A stretch of 64,000 nt of DNA from Sphingomonadaceae bacterium (GTDB lineage: Bacteria > Pseudomonadota > Alphaproteobacteria > Sphingomonadales > Sphingomonadaceae), in the NCBI GenBank assembly GCA_009926135.1, contig RFPL01000002.1:251285-315284 (forward strand). The letters are read 5' to 3'. A program made the translations under genes and the position numbers. The notes under the pieces were generated by a model. The model worked only from the letters and a program-made list of their open reading frames with translations. It searched no databases and was not told the DNA's origin. Positions 17,623 through 29,326 of the stretch are shown here, piece by piece (position 1 is the first letter of the stretch; the number at the start of each line of letters is the position of its first letter).

Positions 17623-18545
17623 CCCCTCACGCTTCGATTGGCGGCTTGCCGCTGGTCCTTGGCGGCAATGTCTTTGGTTGGACCGCCGACCGCGACGCCA
17701 GCTTCGCAATCCTTGACGCGTTCCACGCCGCCGGCGGGCGCATGATCGACACCGCCGAGGCCTATTCGGCCTGGGTGCCTGGCCACACGGGCGGCGAGAG
17801 CGAGACGATGATCGGCGAGTGGCTCAGCAGTCGCGGCCTGCGGGGCGAGATGCTGATCGCCACCAAGACCAATGTCATGGGCAAGCCCGGCGGGCTCAAG
17901 CCGGAAAAGCTTGCCAGCCATCTCTCTCGCTCGCTCGAACGGTTGCAGACCGATTACGTCGACCTGTTCTATGCCCACCGCGACGATCCGGAAACGCCGC
18001 AGGATGAAGTGGCGCTGGGTTTCCAGGCGCTGATCGACCAGGGGCTGATCCGCGAAGTCGGAGCATCAAACTTCAGCGCAGAGCGGCTGGGCAGCGCCAT
18101 TGCGGCGGCAAGGCAGGTCGGCGCCCGGCCTTATTCGGTCCTGCAGAACCAGCACAACCTGGTCCACCGCGAAAGCTTCGATCCGGGGCTGGAGGCCATT
18201 TGCGCCGAACACGATGTCGCCTTCTTGCCATTCTACGGCCTCGCCGCTGGCTATCTCACGGGCAAATACCGCAAGCCTGAAGACTTCGACGCCAATCCGC
18301 GCGGACAGCGCTGCAAGGACTTCATCGGCAAGGGCACAAGGATCCTGCCGGTGATGGACGCCATCGCGACCGAAACCGGTGCAAGCCTGGCCGAGATCGC
18401 AATTGCCTGGCTGCTGGCCCAGCGCGGCGTGACTGCACCGATTGCCAGTGCGGTCAGCCTTGACCAGCTCGACATGCTGCTCCGCGCGGTCGCACTGAAA
18501 CTAAGCGATGAACAGGTTGCCCGGCTGACCGCAGCTTACGACTGA
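17619..18545 (+). CDS. Aldo/keto reductase
   Basis: [37 protein letters not shown] and [18 protein letters not shown] start overlaps the ribH stop. Confidence 0.88.
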   Translation: MTPHASIGGLPLVLGGNVFGWTADRDASFAILDAFHAAGGRMIDTAEAYSAWVPGHTGGESETMIGEWLSSRGLRGEMLIATKTNVMGKPGGLKPEKLASHLSRSLERLQTDYVDLFYAHRDDPETPQDEVALGFQALIDQGLIREVGASNFSAERLGSAIAAARQVGARPYSVLQNQHNLVHRESFDPGLEAICAEHDVAFLPFYGLAAGYLTGKYRKPEDFDANPRGQRCKDFIGKGTRILPVMDAIATETGASLAEIAIAWLLAQRGVTAPIASAVSLDQLDMLLRAVALKLSDEQVARLTAAYD

Positions 18546-19066
18546 GCCAGCGGCGCGCAGTTGTCCGCCCGCCAGGCCTTGTCCACTTCGGCGAAGGCTT
18601 CGGCGGTTGGCGCCAGGCGCCGATCCAGGATGATGCCCGTGTCCGACGGGGATTGCACTAACACCACACCCGCTGGCACCGCCTGACCCTTGCGCGCCAG
18701 CACGAAGCGGATGCCATCTGGATACTGGGTCGTGTCCAGCGCGGCGATATTGTCGGTGTTCGCAGCAAAGACCGAAAGGGACACATAGCCCTGGTTCGGC
18801 GATGGCGCCGCGCTTACCAGCAGCGGCCCCTTGGACAGGTCATAAACGCACGAGGCATAGGCAAGGTCTGGCGATGGCCGAACCACGCGGCGCGAATCCT
18901 TGGTCGTCCGGTCGCCAAACTGGAACTGGTTGGTCGCCGCGCCGTCGCCCGACATCCGGCTCATCGCGATGCCCATAAGCGCATGTGGCACGGCCAGCAC
19001 CAGCCCGATATGGCCGGTCACGCCCGCAGCAGCAAACAGGCCTAGCAGCTTGAGCTTCCGGTTCAT
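18536..19066 (-). CDS. DUF1254-like membrane-anchored protein
   Basis: N-terminal anchor LKLLGLFAAAGVTGHIGLVLAV. VVRPSPDLAYASCVYDLSKGPLLV resembles the DUF1254 PN-D-Y/DL-GP pattern. ATG 19066 overlaps the upstream stop (ATGA). Confidence 0.7.
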   Translation of the reverse strand: MNRKLKLLGLFAAAGVTGHIGLVLAVPHALMGIAMSRMSGDGAATNQFQFGDRTTKDSRRVVRPSPDLAYASCVYDLSKGPLLVSAAPSPNQGYVSLSVFAANTDNIAALDTTQYPDGIRFVLARKGQAVPAGVVLVQSPSDTGIILDRRLAPTAEAFAEVDKAWRADNCAPLAQS

Positions 19067-19668
19067 GCCGCACCTCCGCAATCGAGCTTTGTGACCTTGG
19101 GCATCGGGATCGCGGCATAGTTTGCCTGCGCCTGCGCCGAGGGCTGATAAAGCCGCAGGGTGATTTCGTAGTCGCCTGCATTGCGAGTGGAGGCCCAAGG
19201 TTCGCCATCTGGCCGTTTGGACGAGAGGATTCCACTCCATTCGGCCTTGCCCTGCGGCTGCGCCTCGGTCTGGTCGAACGACAGCGCATCGTCATCATTG
19301 ATCGGCAGGTAATTGTCGGCCGCATAGACGGTGATCGACCACCACCGGGCCGGAATCGCGCCGCCGCTCACGCGGTAACGGCAATCCTCGCGCAGGCGGG
19401 CACCGCTGTCATCGCTGTTGCGGCTGAAATAGATCGCCTGGCTCTTGTTCAACGCCAACAGGCCCGAGACGGCTACTCGCGCGCGAGTCCATGGATCGGC
19501 ATCGACCGATCCGGTCACCTTGCTGCCGTTCCAGCCAGAATAGCTCTCCCCCTGCACCATGCCGTGTTGCAAGGTGAACCACCCCGACGCCGCGCCAGTC
19601 AACAGGCCAGCGACGATCACTCCCGCAGTGACGCCCTTACCTGACATCAAGGAATTCCTTAAGGCCAA
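19063..19668 (-). CDS. DUF1214-like membrane-anchored protein
   Basis: N-terminal anchor GVTAGVIVAGLLTGAASGWF. TRARVAVSGLLALNKSQAIYF and ARWWSITVYAADNY resemble the DUF1214 pattern. ATG 19647 is an alternative start. Confidence 0.7.
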   Translation of the reverse strand: MALRNSLMSGKGVTAGVIVAGLLTGAASGWFTLQHGMVQGESYSGWNGSKVTGSVDADPWTRARVAVSGLLALNKSQAIYFSRNSDDSGARLREDCRYRVSGGAIPARWWSITVYAADNYLPINDDDALSFDQTEAQPQGKAEWSGILSSKRPDGEPWASTRNAGDYEITLRLYQPSAQAQANYAAIPMPKVTKLDCGGAA

Positions 19669-20725
19669 GCGGCTTGTAAGGCCCGATAATCAGCTGCTCA
19701 AACACGCCCATGCCCTCGCCGTAACGCTCGGAGCGCACGCGCGAGACGAACTGGACATGGTAGTTATCCATGGTCTTGGGATCGCATTGCGCCAGGCCAA
19801 AGTCCTCGCGCTCAACCGCCAGCTTGCCGTGGTAGATGCCGTGACCCCACTTGGGCGAGGTATAGCCCAGCCCCCGCATCTGGAACCGGCCAAGCGGCTC
19901 GAAGGTGATTGTATCGGGGCCGTCCGGCGTTTCGACGGTGATCGTCCCACCGTCAGGCCAACGCGTTCCGGCCGCGAGCGGTGAAGCCATTTGCGCGGCG
20001 GGTGTCTCGTACAAACCCTCCGTTCCGCTGCCATCGGGCGCGATTACGGCACGGGTATTCCAGGCATGGCCACCGGCATCGGCGTTGATGTGGAAAAAGA
20101 CCGAACGGTCGGCGAAATTGAGCGGAGTCCACTGCCAGAAGAAGCCCGGGACCACGCCGTGCCCGTGCGGCTGCTCGTCACGCGCACCAACCGGGCGCAC
20201 GCCCCACGAACGGTCGCGGGTGCCAGCGGTGCCGGGAGCGCAGTCATGCCGCACGCCGTCGATCTCGATCCAGCCGGTGTAGTGCCCGTTCTGGGTCAGG
20301 CGCGTGTAATCCATGAAGGTGCGCGGCCCGATCCGGTGGATGAAGCGCGGCTCCTCGATCGGAAAGGCGCGGCCGGTAAAGGTCAGGTCGGCCTTCAGCC
20401 CCTCACCATCGACTATTACCCGCAGCTTCTGCAGGGGCTCGATCACTTCGATCCGGATCGGCCCGACCTGAAGGTCAAACCGCTCCATGTTAAGCTCGCG
20501 GCTGGCGTGGACATTGTGCTGCACCCCGTCGCGGATCGCCGAGAAGTGCGCATCGGCTACGTTGAGGTGCGGATAGATCCCCAGCGCAACGGCGAAGAAG
20601 CCCGAGCCATCGGGGGCATAGCCGTTGAAGAAATAGCGGTCGTAGAAGTTGCGATCAGTGCCTGCATAGGCGACCGGCTCGGGGGTCTGGTGCAGCGGGA
20701 AATCGTCACCCTTGGTCAGGACCAT
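19637..20725 (-). CDS. Conserved-looking hypothetical protein, 362 aa, family not recognised
   Basis: GC3-rich ORF with no TM segment or signal peptide. Starts 4 nt after the kinase stop, and its 3' end overlaps the next cistron. Confidence 0.7.
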   Translation of the reverse strand: MVLTKGDDFPLHQTPEPVAYAGTDRNFYDRYFFNGYAPDGSGFFAVALGIYPHLNVADAHFSAIRDGVQHNVHASRELNMERFDLQVGPIRIEVIEPLQKLRVIVDGEGLKADLTFTGRAFPIEEPRFIHRIGPRTFMDYTRLTQNGHYTGWIEIDGVRHDCAPGTAGTRDRSWGVRPVGARDEQPHGHGVVPGFFWQWTPLNFADRSVFFHINADAGGHAWNTRAVIAPDGSGTEGLYETPAAQMASPLAAGTRWPDGGTITVETPDGPDTITFEPLGRFQMRGLGYTSPKWGHGIYHGKLAVEREDFGLAQCDPKTMDNYHVQFVSRVRSERYGEGMGVFEQLIIGPYKPLGLKEFLDVR

Positions 20726-20729
20726 CTAT

Positions 20730-21824
20730 TCAGCCTTTCAGCTTGGCGATGCTGCCGTGCTGCAACGCCAGGGCGCAGCCGCCACGGGCCATCGAGAGGA
20801 AGTTGGCATCGCCGCGCTCGGTGCGCTCGACATAGGCGGCGCTGAACACGGCGGTGGAGACTCCGTGCAGGGCGCCGATCACATAATCGTCCCAGATCGC
20901 GTCACGGGTCAGCGAAACGCCGCGCGCGGACATTTCGGCGCAGTAGAGATCGAGCAGATCGGTCTCATGTGCTCGGCGCAGCGCGTCGCCGATGCCGGTA
21001 CCCAGGAAATAGCCGATGTCGGTCATCGCATTGCCCAGCGCTACCGTCTGCCAATCTAGCACCGCAATCGGCTCAGAGCCGCCCTTGATGTCGAACAACA
21101 TGTTGTCGAGCCGGAAGTCGCCGTGGATCAGGCATTGCGGCGGATCCTGCCGGCCCACCCGCTCAGCATTGACCTCCGCCAGTTCCTCGCACAGCGCCAT
21201 GAACTCGGGTTCAAGGCTGTCGGCATAGCGCTCGCGAAAGATCGCCTGGGCATTGGGATAAAGCGCTGCGACCTGCGCGGTCACCTCTGGTTTTGGCTGC
21301 AGCCATTCGTTTGCGAGTATTTCCGCATGGCCCCAACTCGGCGCATGCAGCGCCGCGGCCTGGGTCACCCCAGCGCGAGCATCTTCGGCCGAACAACCCG
21401 CAATCTGATTGCCGCCCCGCGCTGGTCCCAGGTCTTCGAACAGGAGGATGAAGTCGATCCCGTCCGGCGCAATCTCGGCCGCGATCGTCTGCGGCACTCG
21501 GACGCCCAAGTGCTGCTGCAACTCGCGGTAGAAGCCCACTTCCTTGGCATAAAGCCCGAACATCGCGGCAGTGCTGCGACTGGTGGGATCGGCCGCAGGA
21601 AACTTGCCCGCCAACGTCGTCGGTCCGGCTCCGGGCCGGTCATAGCTGACATGGAAACGCACGCTGTCACCGACCTGACCAGTGCCAATCGGCTCCCATC
21701 GCAATACGGCAACTGCACCCGCAGCAAGCAGCCCGGCGGCGCGCAAGCGCTCGGTCAACCAGTCAGGCGTAATCGAATCTGGGTGCGACGGTATCGCTGT
21801 CACCCGGCCCTCTCCTCCGGTCAT
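20730..21824 (-). CDS. Phosphotransferase family protein (APH/CHK-type small-molecule kinase fold)
   Basis: Catalytic loop LIHGDFRLDNMLF and metal-binding VLDWQ, typical of the aminoglycoside/choline-kinase-like family. Confidence 0.85.
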   Translation of the reverse strand: MTGGEGRVTAIPSHPDSITPDWLTERLRAAGLLAAGAVAVLRWEPIGTGQVGDSVRFHVSYDRPGAGPTTLAGKFPAADPTSRSTAAMFGLYAKEVGFYRELQQHLGVRVPQTIAAEIAPDGIDFILLFEDLGPARGGNQIAGCSAEDARAGVTQAAALHAPSWGHAEILANEWLQPKPEVTAQVAALYPNAQAIFRERYADSLEPEFMALCEELAEVNAERVGRQDPPQCLIHGDFRLDNMLFDIKGGSEPIAVLDWQTVALGNAMTDIGYFLGTGIGDALRRAHETDLLDLYCAEMSARGVSLTRDAIWDDYVIGALHGVSTAVFSAAYVERTERGDANFLSMARGGCALALQHGSIAKLKG

Positions 21825-21882
21825 TTAAACGAACGGTTAAACGACCGAAGAGGGGCTGGCAATGGGCCTTAGGCCAAGGAAC

Positions 21883-23286
<1,404 letters not shown>

Positions 23287-23324
23287 TCATTGCCGCATCT
23301 TGCGGTGCAGAAAGGGCAAATCTC

Positions 23325-23900
23325 ATGGCCAAAACCCCCGCCGCCAAGACTACCGCTGCGAAGACCACCGCGGCAAAGACCGCCACGAAGAGCCCTGCCA
23401 CAGCCAAGGCCGCTTCGGCCGGCACTGGCGAGGCCAAGGTCAAGTTCGCCAAGGCAATCGAAGAGGCCAAGGCTGGCGCGACCGCGCTTACCGCTGAAGC
23501 CAAGGCCAAGGCCGAAGGCTATCGCGATCAATTGTCCGCCAAGAGCACCGATTGGGTTGATGAAGCCAAGGACATTGCCGGCCAGGCGAAGGTCCGCGCT
23601 GCCGATCTCGCGGTGGACGGCAAGGCCCAGGCCAGCGACGCCATCGCGACGCTTGGCAAGCTGGTTGGTGATAATGCCACCACCATCGATGAAAAGCTCG
23701 GCACGCGTTATGGCGACTACGCCCGTACCGCTGCCCGGACCATGCAGGAATCGGCTGCCAAGCTGGACTCAAAGGACATCAACGAACTTGGCGATGACGC
23801 CAAGGAATTTGTCCGCAAGAGCCCCGGCCTCGCCGTCGGCATCGCGGCCGCGTTCGGGTTCCTGATCGCCCGCTTGTTCAAGGGATCGAACAAAGCCTGA
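23325..23900 (+). CDS. ElaB/YqjD-like (DUF883) C-tail-anchored stress protein with Ala/Lys/Thr-rich N-terminus
   Basis: N-terminal AAKTTAAKTTAAKTATK repeats, a long helical middle and a C-terminal anchor SPGLAVGIAAAFGFLIARLF. Confidence 0.75.
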   Translation: MAKTPAAKTTAAKTTAAKTATKSPATAKAASAGTGEAKVKFAKAIEEAKAGATALTAEAKAKAEGYRDQLSAKSTDWVDEAKDIAGQAKVRAADLAVDGKAQASDAIATLGKLVGDNATTIDEKLGTRYGDYARTAARTMQESAAKLDSKDINELGDDAKEFVRKSPGLAVGIAAAFGFLIARLFKGSNKA

Positions 23901-23927
23901 TCCGGCGCGGTTTGCCGGTACAGGACC

Positions 23928-24314
23928 ATGGAACAGCCCGATCCCCCGCTGGTGAAGGACACCACCGTTGACGCGGCCGAGCGCTCGCTGGTCGATGACG
24001 TGCGTGAGCTCGTCACCGACGGGCGGACTCTGCTGGAGGCTGAACTGGCCTACCAGAAGTCGCGTGCGGCGCTGGCTGGCCGAACGGCGAAGAGCATGGT
24101 GGGCTGGATCGCGCTCGCCCTCAGCCTGGTCTTCTTTGCGTTGATGGCGCTAGTCATGGGGCTGTTGTTGATCCTCGCTCCACTGATCGGCGGTCTAGGG
24201 GCGACCTTGCTGGTCGTCGCCGGATTGCTCATCGCTGCGGCGCTTAGTGGCTGGGCTGCAGCCCGCCGCTGGACCGCGATGTCGCGTCGCCTCGCCGATG
24301 ACGATACGGCATGA
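23928..24314 (+). CDS. YqjE-like / holin-superfamily-III-like membrane protein
   Basis: Amphipathic helix LLEAELAYQKSRAAL followed by two TM helices. Same position as yqjE after yqjD in E. coli. Confidence 0.65.
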   Translation: MEQPDPPLVKDTTVDAAERSLVDDVRELVTDGRTLLEAELAYQKSRAALAGRTAKSMVGWIALALSLVFFALMALVMGLLLILAPLIGGLGATLLVVAGLLIAAALSGWAAARRWTAMSRRLADDDTA

Positions 24315-24649
24315 GCGGGTTCGAAACCGATCGCGCCAACCGCAAGGCAGCCTGGGCGCTGTTCGAAGGCCGACTGACCCAGGTGAAGGATGACCTGGCC
24401 GCCCGCAGCATCGGCGGGCGGATCGTTGCCAAGGCGAAGGACGATGCCTTGGCCGTGGCGGATGAAGCCGTGGCTGTGGCCAAGGACAACAAGGGCCTCG
24501 TCGCAGCAACGATCGCTGCGTTGCTGGCCTGGGCGTTCCGCGCACCATTGCTGGCATTGTTTGCGGCGCGGCCCGGTGGGCAAGGTGGCGTTCAGCCCGA
24601 ACCAGCCAATGACGATTTTGCCGACGAGACAGAGGAGCAGGCGCAATGA
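24311..24649 (+). CDS. Small membrane protein (YqjK-like position)
   Basis: ATGA overlap with the upstream stop. Helical N-terminus, then TM LVAATIAALLAWAF. Confidence 0.55.
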   Translation: MSGFETDRANRKAAWALFEGRLTQVKDDLAARSIGGRIVAKAKDDALAVADEAVAVAKDNKGLVAATIAALLAWAFRAPLLALFAARPGGQGGVQPEPANDDFADETEEQAQ

Positions 24650-25083
24650 GCAGTGTCGACCCCCGCCAGGACCGGATCGCCGCAAAGATCGCCGCCTCGC
24701 AGGACCGGCTTGACCGTTCCAGCGGCACGCGTCCGGCCCTACCGGCGAAGGATGCTTATCCGCCGGAGAACTATCGCTCGTTGATCGCAGAATATCCGTG
24801 GCTTGCAGTGGCGGCCGGACTTGGTGTGGGTCTGCTCGCTGGCGCGATTGCACCAAAAAAGACCAGCAGCAGGTTCGGCAAGCGGGCGCTGAGCTTCGTC
24901 ATTGCTGCTGGTGAAATTGGCATGGCGCTGAGCAAGCAGGCTGGCGAACGGGCGAGCGAAGCTGGCCGCGAAGGTCTTGCTTTGGCCCGCGAAGGGACCA
25001 GCCAGGCCCGAAGCACGGCTCGCTCGGCCAGCGCCAGCGTTGCCCGTGAAGCGATCCGGCTGGTAGCCCGCGTTCGCAAATAA
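24646..25083 (+). CDS. Small membrane protein, unknown family
   Basis: ATGA overlap with the upstream stop. One TM segment, YPWLAVAAGLGVGLLAGAI. Confidence 0.55.
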   Translation: MSSVDPRQDRIAAKIAASQDRLDRSSGTRPALPAKDAYPPENYRSLIAEYPWLAVAAGLGVGLLAGAIAPKKTSSRFGKRALSFVIAAGEIGMALSKQAGERASEAGREGLALAREGTSQARSTARSASASVAREAIRLVARVRK

Positions 25084-25156
25084 GCACCCTCCCCCCTTGC
25101 GCGAAACGCAAGGAACGCTAAACGCGCGCCATCCACCCTCCCCCGGGATATTTGCG

Positions 25157-25390
25157 ATGAGCAGCCAGAAACTTCACCTCGTGATGGGCGGTCGCGTCAG
25201 CGATCCGCAAACGCTTGAATTCACCGATCTTGCCAGTCTCGACCTGGTAGGCGTCTACGCCACGTATGCCGAGGCCGAAGAAGCCTGGCGCGACAAGGCG
25301 CAGCGCACTGTCGACGATGCCGAAATGAAATACGTGGTGGTGCATCTGCACCGCCTGCTGGAGCCGGAACAGCTCAAGCGCCCGGCCTAA
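25157..25390 (+). CDS. DUF4170-like small protein
   Basis: 77 aa: LHLVMGGRVSDPQTLEFTDL..LVGVYATYAEAEEAWRDKAQRTVDDAEMKYVVVHLHRLL matches my recollection of this alphaproteobacterial family. Confidence 0.7.
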   Translation: MSSQKLHLVMGGRVSDPQTLEFTDLASLDLVGVYATYAEAEEAWRDKAQRTVDDAEMKYVVVHLHRLLEPEQLKRPA

Positions 25391-25400
25391 GTGGTGGCAG

Positions 25401-25416
25401 CCTCCCTACGGGGAGG
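25401..25416. terminator. Small hairpin between convergent DUF4170 gene and greA
   Basis: CCTCCC-tacg-GGGAGG, a 6-bp stem. No clear T-tract. Confidence 0.3.
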
Positions 25417-25419
25417 TCC

Positions 25420-25896
25420 TCAGACGAACTCGATCTTCTGAACCAGGTAGGACCGATCACCTGCGGGTACGGTCACTTCGATCTCGTCCTCAACCCGGCG
25501 GCCGATCAAGGCCCGGCCGAGCGGCGAGTTGTAGCTGATCCGGCCGATCTTGGCGTCAGCCTCATAGGGCCCGACAATCTGGTACTTCACCGGCTTGTCG
25601 TCATCGTCCAGCAGGGTAACGGTCGCGCCGAAAATGATCCGGTCGCCTGAAAGGGTCGACGGATCAATGATCTGCGCACGGCTGACCTTGTCCTCCAGAT
25701 CGGCGATCGACATTTCGACCTGGCCCTGGCGTTCCTTGGCAGCGTGATATTCGGCGTTTTCGGAGAGGTCGCCATGGGCGCGCGCTTCCTCGATCGCGTC
25801 GACGATCCGCGGACGCTCTTCGCGCAGCGCCTTGAGCTCGCTGATCAGCCGCTCATAGCCTTCCGCCAGCATCGGCAGCTTTTCGACACTTGCCAT
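25420..25896 (-). CDS. greA: Transcription elongation factor GreA
   Basis: [18 protein letters not shown] and the C-terminal Gre domain. GAGGAAG precedes ATG 25896. Confidence 0.95.
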   Translation of the reverse strand: MASVEKLPMLAEGYERLISELKALREERPRIVDAIEEARAHGDLSENAEYHAAKERQGQVEMSIADLEDKVSRAQIIDPSTLSGDRIIFGATVTLLDDDDKPVKYQIVGPYEADAKIGRISYNSPLGRALIGRRVEDEIEVTVPAGDRSYLVQKIEFV

Positions 25897-26002
25897 CTTT
25901 GCTTCTTCCTCTTGAACGTCCCGCGTAGCGACTAGAACCCTGTCCCGCATCCCGTGGGGCTTGCAGGCAGGGGCGTCGCGATGTGGGGGGAACGCGATCT
26001 AC

Positions 26003-29000
26003 TCAAGCATAATAGTCTTGCAGACTGCGAACTTCAAGTTTCGCACCCCGCATGGCCGCAATTGCCTCTGCTGCGGCGACCGAAGCCGCTGCTGTTGTGA
26101 AGTAGGGCACCTTGCCGGTCAGCGCAGAACCGCGGATCGATTGCGAATCCTTCAGGCTCTGCCAGCCTTCAGTCGTGTTGAAGATCAACGCGACGTCGCC
26201 ATCGATGATCCGATCGACGATGTGCGGGCGTCCTTCAGCCACCTTGTTGACCATTTCGACCGGCAAACCGGCCTCGGTCAGATAGCGGTGGGTTCCGCCA
26301 GTCGCGATGATCGCGAAGCCCAGGCTGACCAGCTGCTTCACCGCCGGCAGGATCACCGGCTTGTCGGTATCCTTGACCGAAACGAACACCACACCCGACT
26401 GCGGCAGGACCATCCCCGCACCAAGCTGGGCCTTGGCAAAGGCCATGGCAAAACTGGTATCAATTCCCATCACTTCGCCGGTAGACTTCATTTCCGGGCT
26501 GAGCACCGGATCGACCCCGGGGAAGCGGGCGAACGGGAACACGGCTTCCTTGACCGCCATGTAATCCAGCTCGCGCCTGAACGGCGGGAAGTCCTTGAGC
26601 TTCTCTCCGGCCATGACCCGTGCCGCGATCTTGGCAACCGGCTGACCGATTGCCTTGGCGACGAACGGCACCGTGCGGCTGGCGCGCGGATTGACCTCGA
26701 TCAGGTAAACATCGCCGTCCTTGACCGCAAATTGCACGTTCATCAGACCACGCACACCCAGTGCCATGGCAAGGGCATCAGCCTGACGCTCCATCTCGGC
26801 AACGATCTCGGCCGACAGGCTATAGGGCGGCAGGGTGCAGGCGGAGTCGCCGGAATGGATCCCGGCTTCCTCGATATGCTGCATCACCCCGGCGACGACG
26901 ACCTGATCGCCATCGCACAGCGCATCGACATCGCATTCGATCGCATCGCGCAGGTACTGGTCGATCAGCACCGGACTATCGCCCGAAACCTGCACTGCCG
27001 TGGTGATGTAGTCATCGAGCTGGGCTTCGGAATCGACGATTTCCATCGCCCGGCCACCCAACACATAGCTGGGGCGCATCAACACCGGATAACCGATGCG
27101 GTTGGCCACCGCGACGGCTTCATCGCGGCTGCGGGCAATGCCGTTGAGCGGCTGCTTTAGCCCCAGCTTGTTGACCAGCGCGGCAAAGCGCTCACGGTCT
27201 TCGGCCAGGTCGATCGCGTCGGGCGAGGTGCCGAGGATCGGTACGCCGTTGTCTTCGAGCGTCTGCGCCAGCTTGAGCGGGGTCTGGCCACCATATTGGA
27301 CGATTACGCCCAGCAGCTCGCCCTTGCTCATTTCGACGCGCAGGATTTCCAGCACGTCCTCACCGGTCAGCGGCTCGAAATAGAGGCGGTCGGAAGTGTC
27401 ATAGTCGGTGCTGACTGTTTCAGGGTTGCAGTTGACCATGATAGTTTCATAGCCGGCCTCTTCCAGCGCGAAGCAGGCGTGGACGCAGCAATAGTCGAAC
27501 TCGATCCCCTGCCCGATCCGGTTCGGACCGCCGCCCAGGATCACGACCTTCTTGGCGTTGGATGGCGCGGATTCGCACTCCGGCGCGCCAAAGCTGGGAC
27601 CTTCGTAGGTCGAGTACATGTAGGGCGTCACCGCTTCGAACTCGGCCGCGCAAGAGTCGATCCGCTTGAATACGGGGTGGACGCCCAGCCGCTGGCGCAG
27701 CTCGCGCACTTCTTCCTCGCTGGTGGCACCGGCCATGGCGCGCAGGGCGTCGTGGAGCAGGCCCGAGCGGCGAGCGGAGGTTTCGCCCAGGCCGCCAGCC
27801 ACGTGAACGCCGCGCACGGCCAGCACGGCCAGGCGCTTGTCCGAGAAGCCCATTGCCTTCAGCCGGCGCAGGCCCGCCGCATCGGTCGGCAGGCCGTTTT
27901 CCATGATCGCCGTTTCTTCGGCGATGATCTCGTGGATGTGGCGCAGGAACCAGGGATCGTAATGGGTGATCGCCTGGACGTCCTCGACCGTGAAGCCCTC
28001 ACGGAAGGCCTGGCCGACGATCAGCAGCCGGTCCGGCGTCTGGCGCGACAGCTCGGCAACGATCGCATCGCGGCCCGCACCTTCGAGGTGCATGACACGG
28101 TTGAAGCCGTCGAGCCCGGTTTCCAGACCGCGCAGCGCCTTCTGCATCGATTCCTTGAAATTGCGGCCGATTGCCATGACCTCGCCCACCGATTTCATCG
28201 CTGTGGAGAGCAGCGGCTCGGCGCCCTTGAACTTTTCAAAGGCAAAGCGCGGGATCTTGGTGACGACGTAATCGATGCTGGGCTCAAAGCTCGCCGGGGT
28301 GGCTCCGGTGATCTCGTTGGTCAGCTCGTCCAGCGTATAGCCCACCGCCAACTTGGCGGCGACGCGGGCGATCGGGAAGCCGGTGGCCTTCGATGCCAGC
28401 GCGGAGGACCGCGAGACGCGCGGGTTCATCTCGATCACGATCAGGCGGCCATCTTTGGGATTGACCGCGAACTGCACGTTCGAACCGCCGGTTTCGACCC
28501 CGATCTCGCGCAGCACAGCGATGCTGGCGTTGCGCATGATCTGGTATTCCTTGTCGGTCAGCGTCAGCGCCGGGGCGACGGTGATCGAATCCCCGGTGTG
28601 GACGCCCATCGGATCGACGTTTTCGATCGAGCAGATGATGATGCAGTTGTCGTTCCGGTCCCGGACGACTTCCATCTCGTACTCTTTCCAGCCGAGCAGC
28701 GATTCCTCGATCAGGACCTCGGTGGTCGGGCTGGCATCCAGGCCCGTGCGGACGATATGTTCGAACTCGGCCTTGTTATAGGCCACGCCGCCGCCGGTGC
28801 CGCCCAGGGTAAAGCTGGGGCGGATGATCGCCGGCAGACCGGTGCGCTCCAGCACCGCAAAGGCTTCCTCGACATTGTGGGCAATGCCAGAGCGGGCGGA
28901 TTCAAGCCCGATCTTGGTCATCGCCTCACGGAACCGCATCCGGTCCTCGGCCTTGTCGATCGCATCGGCATCGGCGCCGATCATCTTGACGCCGTACTTC

Positions 29001-29326
29001 TCCAGCGTGCCATCGTTGAACAGCGCCAGCGCGGTGTTCAGCGCGGTCTGCCCGCCCATGGTGGGCAGCACGGCATCGGGCCGCTCCTTCTCGATGATCC
29101 GGGCGACAATCTCGGGCGTGATCGGCTCGATATAGGTCGCGTCGGCGAATTCCGGATCGGTCATGATCGTCGCCGGGTTCGAGTTGACCAGGACGACCCG
29201 GTACCCCTCTTCCTTCAGCGCCTTGATCGCCTGGGTGCCGGAATAGTCGAACTCGCAGGCCTGGCCGATGATGATCGGACCAGCGCCAATGACGAGGATC
29301 GAGGAGATGTCAGTGCGCTTCGGCAT
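26003..29326 (-). CDS. carB: Carbamoyl-phosphate synthase large subunit
   Basis: [33 protein letters not shown]..., 1107 aa with duplicated ATP-grasp halves. Confidence 0.98.
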   Translation of the reverse strand: MPKRTDISSILVIGAGPIIIGQACEFDYSGTQAIKALKEEGYRVVLVNSNPATIMTDPEFADATYIEPITPEIVARIIEKERPDAVLPTMGGQTALNTALALFNDGTLEKYGVKMIGADADAIDKAEDRMRFREAMTKIGLESARSGIAHNVEEAFAVLERTGLPAIIRPSFTLGGTGGGVAYNKAEFEHIVRTGLDASPTTEVLIEESLLGWKEYEMEVVRDRNDNCIIICSIENVDPMGVHTGDSITVAPALTLTDKEYQIMRNASIAVLREIGVETGGSNVQFAVNPKDGRLIVIEMNPRVSRSSALASKATGFPIARVAAKLAVGYTLDELTNEITGATPASFEPSIDYVVTKIPRFAFEKFKGAEPLLSTAMKSVGEVMAIGRNFKESMQKALRGLETGLDGFNRVMHLEGAGRDAIVAELSRQTPDRLLIVGQAFREGFTVEDVQAITHYDPWFLRHIHEIIAEETAIMENGLPTDAAGLRRLKAMGFSDKRLAVLAVRGVHVAGGLGETSARRSGLLHDALRAMAGATSEEEVRELRQRLGVHPVFKRIDSCAAEFEAVTPYMYSTYEGPSFGAPECESAPSNAKKVVILGGGPNRIGQGIEFDYCCVHACFALEEAGYETIMVNCNPETVSTDYDTSDRLYFEPLTGEDVLEILRVEMSKGELLGVIVQYGGQTPLKLAQTLEDNGVPILGTSPDAIDLAEDRERFAALVNKLGLKQPLNGIARSRDEAVAVANRIGYPVLMRPSYVLGGRAMEIVDSEAQLDDYITTAVQVSGDSPVLIDQYLRDAIECDVDALCDGDQVVVAGVMQHIEEAGIHSGDSACTLPPYSLSAEIVAEMERQADALAMALGVRGLMNVQFAVKDGDVYLIEVNPRASRTVPFVAKAIGQPVAKIAARVMAGEKLKDFPPFRRELDYMAVKEAVFPFARFPGVDPVLSPEMKSTGEVMGIDTSFAMAFAKAQLGAGMVLPQSGVVFVSVKDTDKPVILPAVKQLVSLGFAIIATGGTHRYLTEAGLPVEMVNKVAEGRPHIVDRIIDGDVALIFNTTEGWQSLKDSQSIRGSALTGKVPYFTTAAASVAAAEAIAAMRGAKLEVRSLQDYYA

